DNA of 64,000 bases from a virus: the IMG/VR virus record IMGVR_UViG_3300032238_001058, positions 18,625-82,624 of that record. The stretch is one strand, 5' to 3'. A program made the position numbers and the translations under genes. Shown here in pieces: positions 46,270 through 56,298 of this stretch (the stretch's first letter is position 1; every line of letters begins with the position of its first letter). Under the pieces are notes generated by a model. The model made no database searches. It worked only from the letters and a program-made list of their open reading frames with translations, and was not told the DNA's origin.

Positions 46270-46761
46270 TTGTTAATGAAGCTGCGGAAATGCTCTTCTT
46301 GTGGAGTTGAAAAGAATTTGCATGAGCATTTTTATAAACAAGCAAAAGCTAGGGAGCATCGCGCAGAAGGTTATTTAACGCAATGCAAGTGCTGCGTACT
46401 AGAGAAAAATCGCAGAACACATGCTAAACCTAGAAACAAACAAAAGATTTGGGAAAACAAACTCCAATATCGTTACGGTATAACCAAACAAGACTACGAT
46501 TATTTATTTACAAAACAAAAAGGTTGTTGTGCTATTTGCGGCACAGACAATCCTTCAGTCAAAAGCAAAAAACATAAATACTTTTCAGTTGATCATTGCC
46601 ATCAAACAGGTAAAATCAGAGGTCTTTTGTGTGCTACTTGCAATAGCGCAATTGGTTTACTTGGCGATTGCCCTGTGACTATTTCAAAAGCTTCTTTGTA
46701 TTTAAGCAGCACGCAAGATGCTCTTGACAAACCAAGCAGCTTTAAAAGCCTGTCCAACTAA
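46270..46761 (+). CDS. Endonuclease VII-family homing endonuclease
   Basis: YGIT..DY..L...Q.G.CAICG...VDHCHQTGKIRGLLCATCN..IG. Confidence 0.9.
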   Translation: MLMKLRKCSSCGVEKNLHEHFYKQAKAREHRAEGYLTQCKCCVLEKNRRTHAKPRNKQKIWENKLQYRYGITKQDYDYLFTKQKGCCAICGTDNPSVKSKKHKYFSVDHCHQTGKIRGLLCATCNSAIGLLGDCPVTISKASLYLSSTQDALDKPSSFKSLSN

Positions 46762-47262
46762 ATCAGCCATGTAGTTGGCAATATCAATAGCACCTACTTT
46801 TTGTGCAACAGACTCAAGTTTTTTGGCTTTCATCCCAAGCTCTTCAAGGTTTTTATAGTACACTCCAAGCATTCCCTTCCACTCATAAGAAGATACGACT
46901 TGCATTTGAGGAGCTGCATCTTTTAATTCACAGCCACATTTTGGGAGATAAAAATCCATTGATCGAATAAACTCAGCAAGCGTATCAAACTGCTCCAAGT
47001 GAGCTTCGTATTGTTTTCCCAAGAATTTATGCACACTAATAAAGTCAGGGCACTCAATATTTAAATGGATCAAATGTGACTGGGTCTCCAGTTCCTTGAG
47101 GTAAGCACAGAGTGAAGTGCATTGCTGGATAAATGCACCCACATCCCCGCCAGCTTTGGACTTAGCAGGAGCTTTGGGTTTGTCCTGGGGTTGAGGAACA
47201 GGAGCAGGTTGTCCTTGGGGCATTTCAACAGGTTGATACTGTTGAGGAGCGGGTGTATACAT
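46702..47262 (-). CDS. dps: Dps/ferritin-like protein
   Basis: H.IH.N....F...H.F...QYE......D.LAE.IR; C-terminal K.AW. Confidence 0.75.
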   Translation of the reverse strand: MYTPAPQQYQPVEMPQGQPAPVPQPQDKPKAPAKSKAGGDVGAFIQQCTSLCAYLKELETQSHLIHLNIECPDFISVHKFLGKQYEAHLEQFDTLAEFIRSMDFYLPKCGCELKDAAPQMQVVSSYEWKGMLGVYYKNLEELGMKAKKLESVAQKVGAIDIANYMADLVGQAFKAAWFVKSILRAA

Positions 47263-47288
47263 AAGTCTTGATCAATGATTCCAGTTTA

Positions 47289-48623
47289 TCATCGAGAGAT
47301 TTCTTCCCAGTCTAATGAAGCATGTACAGTAGAAGTGCTTGCACTTGCTGCAATTACTAAGCTAAGCTCATAAGCAGTACTGGTTAAACCATTACGTTCA
47401 AGCTGGAACTTAAACAAAGCTTCTTTTAATACATCAACCGAAAGGTTTGATTGGTTACTGCCAGAAAAATATCCTTGCGCCAAAACACGACCACCACTAA
47501 AACTGGTCCCAGTCAAGTTGTATTCAATAGAGGAATCAGTACCAGCACTGGTCCAAGTACCACCTGTAGTTGTTCCAGTTGCTACTACACGCCAACAATA
47601 ATTAGCTGTACCAGCAGCAGCCATCATTGACAAAGCTGTTAAAAGAACAATTGCATCTAATGCTGTTGACTTAAGACGTAATGAAATAACCGGATAAAAA
47701 GTTCCTGCAGTCGTTAAGCTAGCCGGAGCAGTAATAGTAGTTCCAATGGCTTGTTGTAGACCACGCAACTCATATCCACCTTCCGACAGTACGGTGGAAC
47801 AGATTTGTTTTAATGTGCTGCTACTTGCTGTTGTAGTTGTGTTTTTAATTTCATACCTTAAAGGCAAAGAAGCTGTAGTTATATAGGTAGCTGTAATTAA
47901 GTTGGCATGGTTAAATGAATGGCAATGAATAAACTTCCCATTAATTATGAATCCCAAACGAACAGTACCTAGACCAAGCCATTCAATATCCATCCACAAG
48001 ATTTGAGCCTTGGTCAAATCCAACGTTAAACCAGAGGGTCCAGTACCATTCAATGGATCAATATTCCAGTTTGATTGGCTAACACTTGTTTCTGTTACAG
48101 CTCCTGTAACCAAACTACGCTCTACAAAGACTGGCTCACTGGTCCCATTTTTTTCTAGGTACATACCATTGTTTGTACCATAGTAACCAACGCGTTGCCG
48201 CAATCCAGCTTTACCAGATTCCAACACAAACGTTGACATAACCAACAGTGATTTTCCAGGCTGGTAAGAAAATACCTTGGTTGTTTCTCGTACAACTTCT
48301 GAGCCTGATGCAGTAGTTACGTTCAGTGTGACCAATCCAGCATTTGCATCAAATGATGTAGTGCCACCAGTACCACTGGATGTTGTCCACAAACCATTGT
48401 CATGATACCGATGACTTGAATCAAATAATGTCAAAGGAGCTGCAACACGTAAACGTCCAAATGCGTCAGCGCCTGTGCCTCCACCTTGAATATTTACCGT
48501 TCCACTGGTGGTAGATGTTACTTCAATAGGTTGTCCACTAGCAGTAACAACAACAATTCCTGAACCATAGTCAGCATACCCAGAGGTACCATCACCATAG
48601 TCATTGATATAACGAATAATCAC
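47289..48623 (-). CDS. Virion structural (spike-like) protein; start re-called at GTG 48623
   Basis: DAFGRLRV..P.TLFD, YQPGKS, W.G.G.VR.GF; TAAACT box upstream. Confidence 0.7.
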   Translation of the reverse strand: MIIRYINDYGDGTSGYADYGSGIVVVTASGQPIEVTSTTSGTVNIQGGGTGADAFGRLRVAAPLTLFDSSHRYHDNGLWTTSSGTGGTTSFDANAGLVTLNVTTASGSEVVRETTKVFSYQPGKSLLVMSTFVLESGKAGLRQRVGYYGTNNGMYLEKNGTSEPVFVERSLVTGAVTETSVSQSNWNIDPLNGTGPSGLTLDLTKAQILWMDIEWLGLGTVRLGFIINGKFIHCHSFNHANLITATYITTASLPLRYEIKNTTTTASSSTLKQICSTVLSEGGYELRGLQQAIGTTITAPASLTTAGTFYPVISLRLKSTALDAIVLLTALSMMAAAGTANYCWRVVATGTTTGGTWTSAGTDSSIEYNLTGTSFSGGRVLAQGYFSGSNQSNLSVDVLKEALFKFQLERNGLTSTAYELSLVIAASASTSTVHASLDWEEISR

Positions 48624-48706
48624 TTTGGTACCAAAGATACTTTCTACTAGTTTAAACCAATATTTAAAACGTGATGTTAAAATTGGAATACGAGTGACCC
48701 AGTGAC

Positions 48707-51700
48707 ATGCCACGTCAATTTGCTAACAGTCAACTTTACGACGTAATTAAAACTCAAGGTGACACCTCAATCACCGGCAGTGAGGTTTTAACAGATCCTG
48801 TTGGCAAGTTGCGCGTTTCAACGCCACAAGCATTAATTGATACGGACTTTGAGTACAGTACTCAATCAACTAAGTGGGAAAGTTTAAACCTGTTAAATAA
48901 TAGGCCCAGTGCTTTTTATGAAGTAACTAGCCCATTAAGTGTTAGCGCAGTATCTGCATCTACCACTACCATTACTGTTACCACCAATATTGTTTTTACT
49001 GGTACTTACTCACAGGCAGGTACTACCACTGTTACTGTCACTGTTGCTGCTGGCCATAATTTACAAACAGGGCAAAGGATTTGGGTTGATTACACCAGTG
49101 GTACTGCTGTTGATGAAGCTGTTATCATTACTGCAACAACAGCAACTACGTTTACTTATATCAGTGCAGGCACTCTTACCACATCTGGCAACGTTAGTAT
49201 TTACTTATCTCCAGCTGTTGGTACACCTATTTTTGTACAGAGCACAACCCAAGCTGTTGCTAATGGTTGGTTTGTAGTTGCAACTTCTCCCGGCACTACT
49301 TTTACTTACGTTGTTCCCAGCACTGCAGGCAGTGGTTCAATTTTAGATTCTACTAAAACATATATTTACCTTGGTAATTTTTACACTGGTGCAGGCATTC
49401 CCCTCACTGGAACCACGGCATTTACTTTTAGCACCACTACAATTACCGTTACCACTACCAATGCTCATGGATTTACTGTCGGCGACGGTATTTTTGTAGT
49501 AGGTTTAACAGCAACTACTAATGCACCAAATGGAAGTTTCATTGTAAAAACTACTCCCAGCGTTAATACATTTACGTATACAGCAGCTGCTACACCCACT
49601 GGAACTATTGGAAACACTGCAGGCGCTGTTAATTTATTCTCACGTCCTTTTGGTAGTGTAATTCACCGTTCTTTTGATGGCGGCGTTGATTTTACTGCAG
49701 GGTATCCCTATACAGGTAATCAATTAATTCGTCAAACTCGCCGTTACTTTCGTTACCAATCTGGTAAAGGTATTCAATTTAGTACAGGAACCTGTTTAAA
49801 ACCAGCTTTCAATGTTAACAGTATTACTGCTGTTGGCTCAACTGTTACTGTTAATTTAAAAACACCGCACAACTTAAACGGTAACTATTTAGCACTTGGC
49901 GGCATTCCTGTTTCAGCTTCTGCAGGTGCAGCATTTACTTATGTTGATAGGGTAGTTACTTGTACTACAAACAACTCTCATGGATTTAATGTAGGAGACA
50001 AAATTTATATTACAGGGACAACTAGTTCAGGAACTAATCCTCCCAATGGAACATGGACAATCTCATCCATTGTTTCGGCTACGCAATTTACGTTTACTGT
50101 TACTAATGCACCAACAGGAACGATTACTTCTACTGTAACATCAAGCCTTTATCCCATTGGAACAGGTCCTTTTGTAACTATTTCAGGTTGCACTGAAGCT
50201 GCTTACAATGGAACCTTTTTGGTTTTAAGTGTTCCCAGTGATGTTTCTTTTACTTATACAGCTTTAGTTGCTCCTACTGTTTCACCTGCCGTTGGTTTTC
50301 CAATTACGGTAAGTCCTGAAAGCTGGTGGAATGCCAGAAACCGCGTTGGTTTGTTTGATGAACAGAATGGATTCTTCTTTGAATTTGATGGACAAACTTT
50401 ATATGCAGTTAAGCGTAGCTCAACAACTCAAATCTCTGGCTCAATTGCTATCAACGCAGGAACAACAACAGTCACTGGAACTAACACTACTTTTTCAAAA
50501 CAGCTAAGCCCTGGAGATGTCATTGTACTTCGTGGAATGACTTACAATGTTCTTTCAATTCTTAGCGATACTTCAATGGTAATTTACCCTGAATACAGGG
50601 GAACTGATAACATTGCTAATGCAGTTGTTAGCAAAAGAATTGAAGAACGTTATCCGCAAAGTCAATGGAATTTGGACCAATGCGATGGGCTAGGCCCAAG
50701 TGGGTTTAATTTAAACCTCACCAAAATGCAAATGGCGTACATTGATTACGCCTGGTATGGTGCAGGTGCAATTCGGTTTGGTTTTAAAGATCAAGATGGA
50801 GAAATTATTTATTGCCATCGCATTCCGAATAGCAACCGTAATACAGAAGCTTATATGCGTTCAGGTAATATGTGTGCTCGTTATGAGTGCAATACTATTC
50901 CTGCGTATACAACACTTGCTGCAACCCTTAGTAACACGGCAACGGATGCAATAACAGTAGCCAGCACTGAGGGATTTCCTAAAAGTGGAATATTAGTTGT
51001 TACCAAACCCGCCAACGTTACTTCCGGATCAGGCTCAACCGTCACTGGTTCTATTGAATACATTCAATATAACAACAAAAATGCAACTCAATTTCTTGGC
51101 TTACGTAGATCCATTACAAGTTTGACAGGACCTGGGGGATTAAACGCAGGGGGTGGTAATACTACATCACAAACAACCACTTATTCGGCAACTGCACCTG
51201 TGCATGTGCAAGCTTATCCTGGACAGTTTTCCAGTACTTTAGCGCACTGGGGATCGGCTGTAATTATGGATGGTGGTTACGACGATGACAAGTCATACAT
51301 TTTCCAAGCTGGTATGACTACAGCATTAAGCAACCTTGGTGCTGGAGCAAGTGCTGCATTAGCAAGTATTAGATTGGCTCCTAGTGTTGACTCTGGCATT
51401 ACAGGTAGTCTTGGAGCGCGTGATTTAATCAACCGTATGCAGTTGACTTTACGTCAAATGGATATTGTTGCAACAGGTGCAGCTGCTATCTTTAGGGTTG
51501 AGTTAGTTCTTAATGGTCGAATTGGTGGGTCTGGTGCTGGTACATTTGCCGCAGCAGGTGGTTCTAGCCTGGCACAAGTAGCACTACATACAGCTACTAC
51601 GCCTTTTACAACCGTTACAGGTGGTGAGACAATTCTTTCTTTCTTTGTTTACACCCCTAGTGTTGTACAACAAGATCTCAATTTAGTTCGTGATTTAGGA

Positions 51701-51862
51701 AACAGCATCCTTGGTGGAGGAACAAATACTACTGTACCAACTAGCGCACTTAATTTGTATCCGGATGGCCCGGATGTTGTTACCATCCGGGTTACTAACG
51801 TCAGCGCTGTGGCTACAAACACAATTGCTGCTCGTATTTCTTGGACAGAAGCACAAGCATGA
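48707..51862 (+). CDS. Large virion structural protein, paralog of 47289-48623 with inserted beta-sandwich repeats
   Basis: Same core motifs plus repeats VT.TT...HG..(V)GD.I...G....NG...V....FTY. Confidence 0.75.
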   Translation: MPRQFANSQLYDVIKTQGDTSITGSEVLTDPVGKLRVSTPQALIDTDFEYSTQSTKWESLNLLNNRPSAFYEVTSPLSVSAVSASTTTITVTTNIVFTGTYSQAGTTTVTVTVAAGHNLQTGQRIWVDYTSGTAVDEAVIITATTATTFTYISAGTLTTSGNVSIYLSPAVGTPIFVQSTTQAVANGWFVVATSPGTTFTYVVPSTAGSGSILDSTKTYIYLGNFYTGAGIPLTGTTAFTFSTTTITVTTTNAHGFTVGDGIFVVGLTATTNAPNGSFIVKTTPSVNTFTYTAAATPTGTIGNTAGAVNLFSRPFGSVIHRSFDGGVDFTAGYPYTGNQLIRQTRRYFRYQSGKGIQFSTGTCLKPAFNVNSITAVGSTVTVNLKTPHNLNGNYLALGGIPVSASAGAAFTYVDRVVTCTTNNSHGFNVGDKIYITGTTSSGTNPPNGTWTISSIVSATQFTFTVTNAPTGTITSTVTSSLYPIGTGPFVTISGCTEAAYNGTFLVLSVPSDVSFTYTALVAPTVSPAVGFPITVSPESWWNARNRVGLFDEQNGFFFEFDGQTLYAVKRSSTTQISGSIAINAGTTTVTGTNTTFSKQLSPGDVIVLRGMTYNVLSILSDTSMVIYPEYRGTDNIANAVVSKRIEERYPQSQWNLDQCDGLGPSGFNLNLTKMQMAYIDYAWYGAGAIRFGFKDQDGEIIYCHRIPNSNRNTEAYMRSGNMCARYECNTIPAYTTLAATLSNTATDAITVASTEGFPKSGILVVTKPANVTSGSGSTVTGSIEYIQYNNKNATQFLGLRRSITSLTGPGGLNAGGGNTTSQTTTYSATAPVHVQAYPGQFSSTLAHWGSAVIMDGGYDDDKSYIFQAGMTTALSNLGAGASAALASIRLAPSVDSGITGSLGARDLINRMQLTLRQMDIVATGAAAIFRVELVLNGRIGGSGAGTFAAAGGSSLAQVALHTATTPFTTVTGGETILSFFVYTPSVVQQDLNLVRDLGNSILGGGTNTTVPTSALNLYPDGPDVVTIRVTNVSAVATNTIAARISWTEAQA

Positions 51863-51872
51863 TTGAGATTGT

Positions 51873-52097
51873 TTAGTGTTTTGTTTTATTGAGCCATCCA
51901 GAACGTAAATGTCCATAGTCCCTGGGTTCAGTCACAGGGACATTGGTTACTTTGCAAACACCACATGTTCCTATGTGTGATGTAGACATGTGGTATGGTG
52001 GCCCAATATATGTACCACGTTTGTACCACAAACCGTGCGTTTCTCCACAATCACGACAAATCCAAGTTGGGTAATCAGGATTGTTTGTTTTAGACAT
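51873..52097 (-). CDS. Small zinc-finger-like protein
   Basis: WICRDCG...H.GTCGVC...TEPRDYGHL. Confidence 0.65.
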   Translation of the reverse strand: MSKTNNPDYPTWICRDCGETHGLWYKRGTYIGPPYHMSTSHIGTCGVCKVTNVPVTEPRDYGHLRSGWLNKTKH

Positions 52098-52503
52098 TTG
52101 TTTTGTTTTTTGGTTTTGTATTGAGCAAAAGATTAACTAACTCTTTAGCTTGGTCATATTCCTTTTTAACTCTACCCAAGTTCTTATTTGCAGCTGCTAA
52201 AAAACAATTAAAAAGTTCTTCACCTGTCAATTCATCAGCAAACTCTGCAATAGTGTCACCAAAATAATCAGTTGCTTTTTCTTTGTACATGGAGTTATAC
52301 GTTGGTTGAGGTGCGTCTTCAATAAGTTCTTTGTAGTGAGAACGCCAGTCCGGCAGTTTATCTACCGCATTGGTAGTGTCGTGGAGGTTTTCACGTGAAT
52401 CTTTTGAAACTAAAGGTTGATCCAATTGAGCAATTACCCTGTTCTTTTTGTACCAATCTTGCCAAATTTGAATGGCGTCAAGGGGTTCGTGGGGGTGTTC
52501 CAT
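52090..52503 (-). CDS. Hypothetical protein
   Basis: 137-aa ORF, coupled. Confidence 0.6.
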   Translation of the reverse strand: MEHPHEPLDAIQIWQDWYKKNRVIAQLDQPLVSKDSRENLHDTTNAVDKLPDWRSHYKELIEDAPQPTYNSMYKEKATDYFGDTIAEFADELTGEELFNCFLAAANKNLGRVKKEYDQAKELVNLLLNTKPKNKTNV

Positions 52504-52566
52504 AATTAAAAAGGACGTTCCATTAGTATGGCCCGTCCTAGCAAAACAATATGTTTATTGTAAACC

Positions 52567-52842
52567 TTATGAAACAACAGCGGCTTGTGCAGCTTGCAAT
52601 GCTTCATACTCCTCAATTGCTTGAAGCACTTCAAAGTACCGTTCACGCATGATGGGACCAGCTTCAAGTATGCAGAACTTTTCCCACAGCCCTGTAAACG
52701 TGTGGCTAGCTGGCTTATACACCTGGTATAGGTGCTCCATAAAGTCAGCCTTCTCTTGTTCCTGAGTTACACTCCAAGTTGCAAGCTGGTGCTTTAGCCA
52801 AGGCGTGTCAAATGCCCCCGTTGTATTCAACTTCTTAAGCAT
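52567..52842 (-). CDS. Hypothetical protein (start re-called at 52842)
   Basis: ATG follows the stop of 52862-53059. Confidence 0.55.
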   Translation of the reverse strand: MLKKLNTTGAFDTPWLKHQLATWSVTQEQEKADFMEHLYQVYKPASHTFTGLWEKFCILEAGPIMRERYFEVLQAIEEYEALQAAQAAVVS

Positions 52843-52861
52843 TTCTTTGGATGAAAGTGAT

Positions 52862-53059
52862 TTAGTCATTGGAGTCCAGTGCAGTAATGGAAGTAAAAAC
52901 ACCCTTGACAGCAGGGCTTGTCTCAAAGAGTAGCACGTCCAGTTCATCCTGGAGTGCAATTGCAATGTCTTGTGGCGTACGTCCGCTAAAAGAGTCGTAC
53001 TCCACTTCAAGATCAACCGCAAATGACACGGTCAGTTTTGGCACAATAATTGGATCCAT
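52862..53059 (-). CDS. Small acidic hypothetical protein
   Basis: 65-aa ORF. Confidence 0.6.
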   Translation of the reverse strand: MDPIIVPKLTVSFAVDLEVEYDSFSGRTPQDIAIALQDELDVLLFETSPAVKGVFTSITALDSND

Positions 53060-53094
53060 CTCTGGATGTAATGGCTCAGTTACTTTAGCAGGCT

Positions 53095-53358
53095 TTAGCT
53101 GTTGAACAGTTGCTCTAGCGAGTGAGCTTGGTGTTGCTGGTAATAACCAAGACGCTTTTGAATGAGATTGTAGTAATTGATTGCAGCATCAACCATTTCT
53201 TCAGCATCCATGCTAGATGCCAAGTTTTCATTAGCCAGCATAGCTGCTGTCAAGATGACAACACCATGTTCCATCTTGGAACCAATAGTCGCGGAAAGAG
53301 GAGTTCCATCTTGAGTGAACCCAGCAATCAACTTGTTAAGAACTGAATCACCGCCCAT
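53095..53358 (-). CDS. Hypothetical protein
   Basis: TACAAT box and AGGAG RBS upstream. Confidence 0.65.
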   Translation of the reverse strand: MGGDSVLNKLIAGFTQDGTPLSATIGSKMEHGVVILTAAMLANENLASSMDAEEMVDAAINYYNLIQKRLGYYQQHQAHSLEQLFNS

Positions 53359-53392
53359 GAAACTCCTACTGCTTTAACTATTGTATTGCAGT

Positions 53393-53710
53393 TTATTTAC
53401 CACACTTGGCCAGATAGAACCAGTAGGCATTTGCTGCATTCTGATGGAAACGTTTGCCAACCAGCAACTTGAGTTTCTTTTGTTCAAGCTCTTCAAACTT
53501 GCTGAGGTTATAAGGCAATACCTCGTCACCATCTTTAATCATGTCAAGTTCCAGATTATTCATCTCTAGCTGGAGATCAAAATCTTTTACCGCATGCTGG
53601 TGACAATTCATTTTGATGCGTGCGTCATCTCCATCGGTAGGCGCATCAATCTTCAGGTAGAAGGTGTCCTGGATACTCGGATGTTTCCAATTCCATCCGA
53701 GACTCTCCAT
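53393..53710 (-). CDS. Hypothetical protein (start re-called at 53710)
   Basis: 5' end overlaps the Gp157 3' end. Confidence 0.5.
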   Translation of the reverse strand: MESLGWNWKHPSIQDTFYLKIDAPTDGDDARIKMNCHQHAVKDFDLQLEMNNLELDMIKDGDEVLPYNLSKFEELEQKKLKLLVGKRFHQNAANAYWFYLAKCGK

Positions 53711-54347
53711 AGATTCGTTTGGAACGGACTGCGTATTCTTGTGTGACTTTGACCCCACTTGGGAGCTGTTGTCCTGTTTGATGGGCGGCGCGTATCGCAT
53801 CGAGATTAGGGACGATTTTAGTTGTGGTTTTAGGTTCTGTTCTTTCGTCAAGAACTTCTCCTGACATTGAACGTAGCACAACTCGTTTGGTTGTAGTAAC
53901 TTCTTCTTCAATACAATAAGCTGTTTGCTCTTCAGTGTGCCAAAACTCTGGGTCTGACGTGATCTCAACAGTTAAATCCTTCTTACGTGTAAGGGTAAAT
54001 TGGTAATTGCGTCCACTAATCTTGTTGGTATCCAATGGCAGTGAACGCCGCAACCAACCTAGCAAACCTTTGAGCGACTGCAGCTGGGATTCGTGGTGAC
54101 GTTTGGCTTGCGTAATGAGCTCCCCTTCTTTCTTGATGCGTTCAAGAGCATCCTCATGGGACGCCATAGCGTAATAGATGCGGTCGATCTTCTCTGAACG
54201 GAGAGCGGCACAGGCCTCCAGCTCAGCTTGCGCCAACTGCTGGGACTCAGGAGTAAGGAGAGGAAGACTGCGTTCCAGGGCACCATAGTGTTCGTACAGC
54301 TTAAGTACATTGAGTTCTTTGAGTTTAGCTTGAGTGATTTGAGTCAT
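53646..54347 (-). CDS. Siphovirus Gp157-family protein
   Basis: EKID.I......IK.E...I...K......LK..L; PNLDAIR.A...G..LP.GV. Confidence 0.75.
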   Translation of the reverse strand: MTQITQAKLKELNVLKLYEHYGALERSLPLLTPESQQLAQAELEACAALRSEKIDRIYYAMASHEDALERIKKEGELITQAKRHHESQLQSLKGLLGWLRRSLPLDTNKISGRNYQFTLTRKKDLTVEITSDPEFWHTEEQTAYCIEEEVTTTKRVVLRSMSGEVLDERTEPKTTTKIVPNLDAIRAAHQTGQQLPSGVKVTQEYAVRSKRIYGESRMELETSEYPGHLLPED

Positions 54348-54350
54348 GGC

Positions 54351-54470
54351 TCAGATGTTTTGGAATTTGGATTGAAGTTTGTTAAATGCATAGGCCAGTA
54401 GTCCTGCGGCTACTGTCCAAAGAATTTCTTTTAATACCGGAAGTACAGCAGATGCAATTGCTTCAAACAT
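54351..54470 (-). CDS. 39-aa membrane peptide (not in ORF track)
   Basis: MFEAIASAVLPVLKEILWTVAAGLLAYAFNKLQSKFQNI. Confidence 0.55.
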   Translation of the reverse strand: MFEAIASAVLPVLKEILWTVAAGLLAYAFNKLQSKFQNI

Positions 54471-54490
54471 GAGTTGAGTAAATAGATGGC

Positions 54491-54517
54491 GGTCAGTTTA
54501 ACGTCATGACTAGGACG
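54491..54517 (-). promoter_or_regulatory. Leader pseudoknot element, copy A
   Basis: CGTC-CTAGTCAT-GACG-TTAAAC-TGACC on - strand. Confidence 0.7.
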
Positions 54518-54522
54518 ATTGA

Positions 54523-54864
54523 TCACTCTGGTTTTGTCAGTAGTTCCTTAATAAATTTGAGTTCATCCATCAGATCTTCGCGAGTAACCATTGTGATTGG
54601 ATCGTAGGAACGTTCAGCAATTTTCTCAGGGTCTTCAGTCTTCTGGATTACACGAGCTTCATCATCAGCATCATATGCAACACTTTCGTACATTTTCCAG
54701 ATAACATCATGGGGCCATCCGTTAAGATCTACGTTTTCATTCCATGATGCGCGAATAAGTGCACCCATTGTTTTGAAAAGAAACGTGGCCTTTTTTTCAA
54801 AGATCTTAATGTAACGATCTTCATCTAAGCCGTAAGTGTTAGTAGACATAGCAGTCAACTGCAT
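54523..54864 (-). CDS. Hypothetical protein
   Basis: ORF in coupled operon. Confidence 0.55.
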   Translation of the reverse strand: MQLTAMSTNTYGLDEDRYIKIFEKKATFLFKTMGALIRASWNENVDLNGWPHDVIWKMYESVAYDADDEARVIQKTEDPEKIAERSYDPITMVTREDLMDELKFIKELLTKPE

Positions 54865-55042
54865 TGGTTAATGTATCAATGATAAAGGATTTTTGTCCCT
54901 CTTCGCCAAGGTTTGTCCAGTATTCAAGATCTGGATCCTCTGGATCCCAGTCAATATTAATTTCAATACCTCCATCATCTTCTTCAGTTATTTTTATTGT
55001 GAGTTTGTCAGACCAACTCTTTGTTAGTTTTTGGTCACTCAT
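54839..55042 (-). CDS. Small acidic hypothetical protein
   Basis: ORF in coupled operon. Confidence 0.6.
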   Translation of the reverse strand: MSDQKLTKSWSDKLTIKITEEDDGGIEINIDWDPEDPDLEYWTNLGEEGQKSFIIDTLTNAVDCYVY

Positions 55043-55346
55043 TAGGCATTGCCTCTAGTGCGCAACGAATGGTCTCAGTTATTTCAGGAATGTAATGACC
55101 ATCCCGTTCAATTGTTTTTAGCATTTGCAAAGCAACACTGTTTAGCGTTTGTGATTTGGGACGGCGAGCAATACGGAGTGCGTCTTCACTTGCCCAATAA
55201 GTTTGGTTTTTAACCCACTCAACACATGCCTTTAATTCCTGGTCGGCGCCCCATTGGACAGCAATGAGAAAGATCTCTTTAGTGCTCATCGGTAGATTGT
55301 CCCACTTATCCAGCAGTTCTGGTGGTGGTGTGATGGAGTGATTCAT
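55035..55346 (-). CDS. Hypothetical cyanophage protein
   Basis: H.ITPPPEL...QWGADQEL.AC..W...LR.ARRPK motif recalled from freshwater cyanophages. Confidence 0.65.
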   Translation of the reverse strand: MNHSITPPPELLDKWDNLPMSTKEIFLIAVQWGADQELKACVEWVKNQTYWASEDALRIARRPKSQTLNSVALQMLKTIERDGHYIPEITETIRCALEAMPNE

Positions 55347-56284
55347 TTCTTTTTGATAGCAGATTTAAGTTGGCTCAAGGCAACGCCAGGGAACGGTACG
55401 TAGCCTGATGACATCATATTAAAGAACAAACTCCAAGCATCATGTTGAGTAAACACTTCTTGAGGTTTGTACGTACGCCAATGCGTCAATGGAGCCTGAG
55501 CACCAGACCTGGTGTGCAGTAAAACAAACCTACCATCACTGGTGTGATCTTGAGGAGGTGCATACCACCATGCCACACACTTATCAGGAGTACCGCTGGG
55601 TAATGCATTGCGTACTTCAGTGCGCTTGCACAGCAGCTCACGGTACTTATGGAACCAAGTCAGGTGGATGCACCAGGGTTTGAATCCTTCAATCTCTTGT
55701 TGGAATAACGAAACATTAAGAAACTGACGCTGAAAGGACCCACATGAGCAGTAAGGTTCAGGAGTGCTGGCCTGAACGCCTGAGGGGTTTTCCTCCAAGT
55801 CAGACTCCAAGTCAATTGGCCGAGTCGTGCTCCGAAGCCCATCCGGCGCCACCAGATGTCCCAGATCCGTTTGGTCATTCTGGAGGAGGGTAATGACTTT
55901 GGCGGAGTCTGATAGGTGTATAAATTTGTCGGCCCAGTGCTGTTGAAGTTTTGCATTGGAAGTTAGGTGTCCGAGTGCGTGTGAGTAGTTCCAGCCCTTA
56001 AACATAATGTAAGCATTGTTATGCCATACACTAGGGCCACGATAGTTAGGGCCAAGGTAAGAAAAGAAATCTTTGAGTCGGTGTGTGTACTGCTGAAACG
56101 CAGTCTTAATTAACGTCCGGTCATAAGCCTGCTCATTACCATCAGTACGCACCACAATACAATTGTCATCTCGCAAATAAATGCCAGAGATTTCGGTGTC
56201 ATCAAAACCTGCATATGCACGACAGATGTTGGACCGTGAATAAATGAGGGTCTGAGCTGGGTTGAGTTCAGTTTGAAGTTGCAT
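55343..56284 (-). CDS. SWIM zinc-finger protein
   Basis: YCSCGSF...WCIHL. Confidence 0.65.
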   Translation of the reverse strand: MQLQTELNPAQTLIYSRSNICRAYAGFDDTEISGIYLRDDNCIVVRTDGNEQAYDRTLIKTAFQQYTHRLKDFFSYLGPNYRGPSVWHNNAYIMFKGWNYSHALGHLTSNAKLQQHWADKFIHLSDSAKVITLLQNDQTDLGHLVAPDGLRSTTRPIDLESDLEENPSGVQASTPEPYCSCGSFQRQFLNVSLFQQEIEGFKPWCIHLTWFHKYRELLCKRTEVRNALPSGTPDKCVAWWYAPPQDHTSDGRFVLLHTRSGAQAPLTHWRTYKPQEVFTQHDAWSLFFNMMSSGYVPFPGVALSQLKSAIKKK

Positions 56285-56298
56285 GAGTTTGAGTTGAG

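Noticed and set aside
48624-48713. Track start of the 474-aa - strand ORF, and similar 5' extensions at 52843-53022, 53711-53968 and 62117-62188
   Set aside because: Extensions run through promoters, regulatory elements or neighbouring genes; shorter starts fit better.
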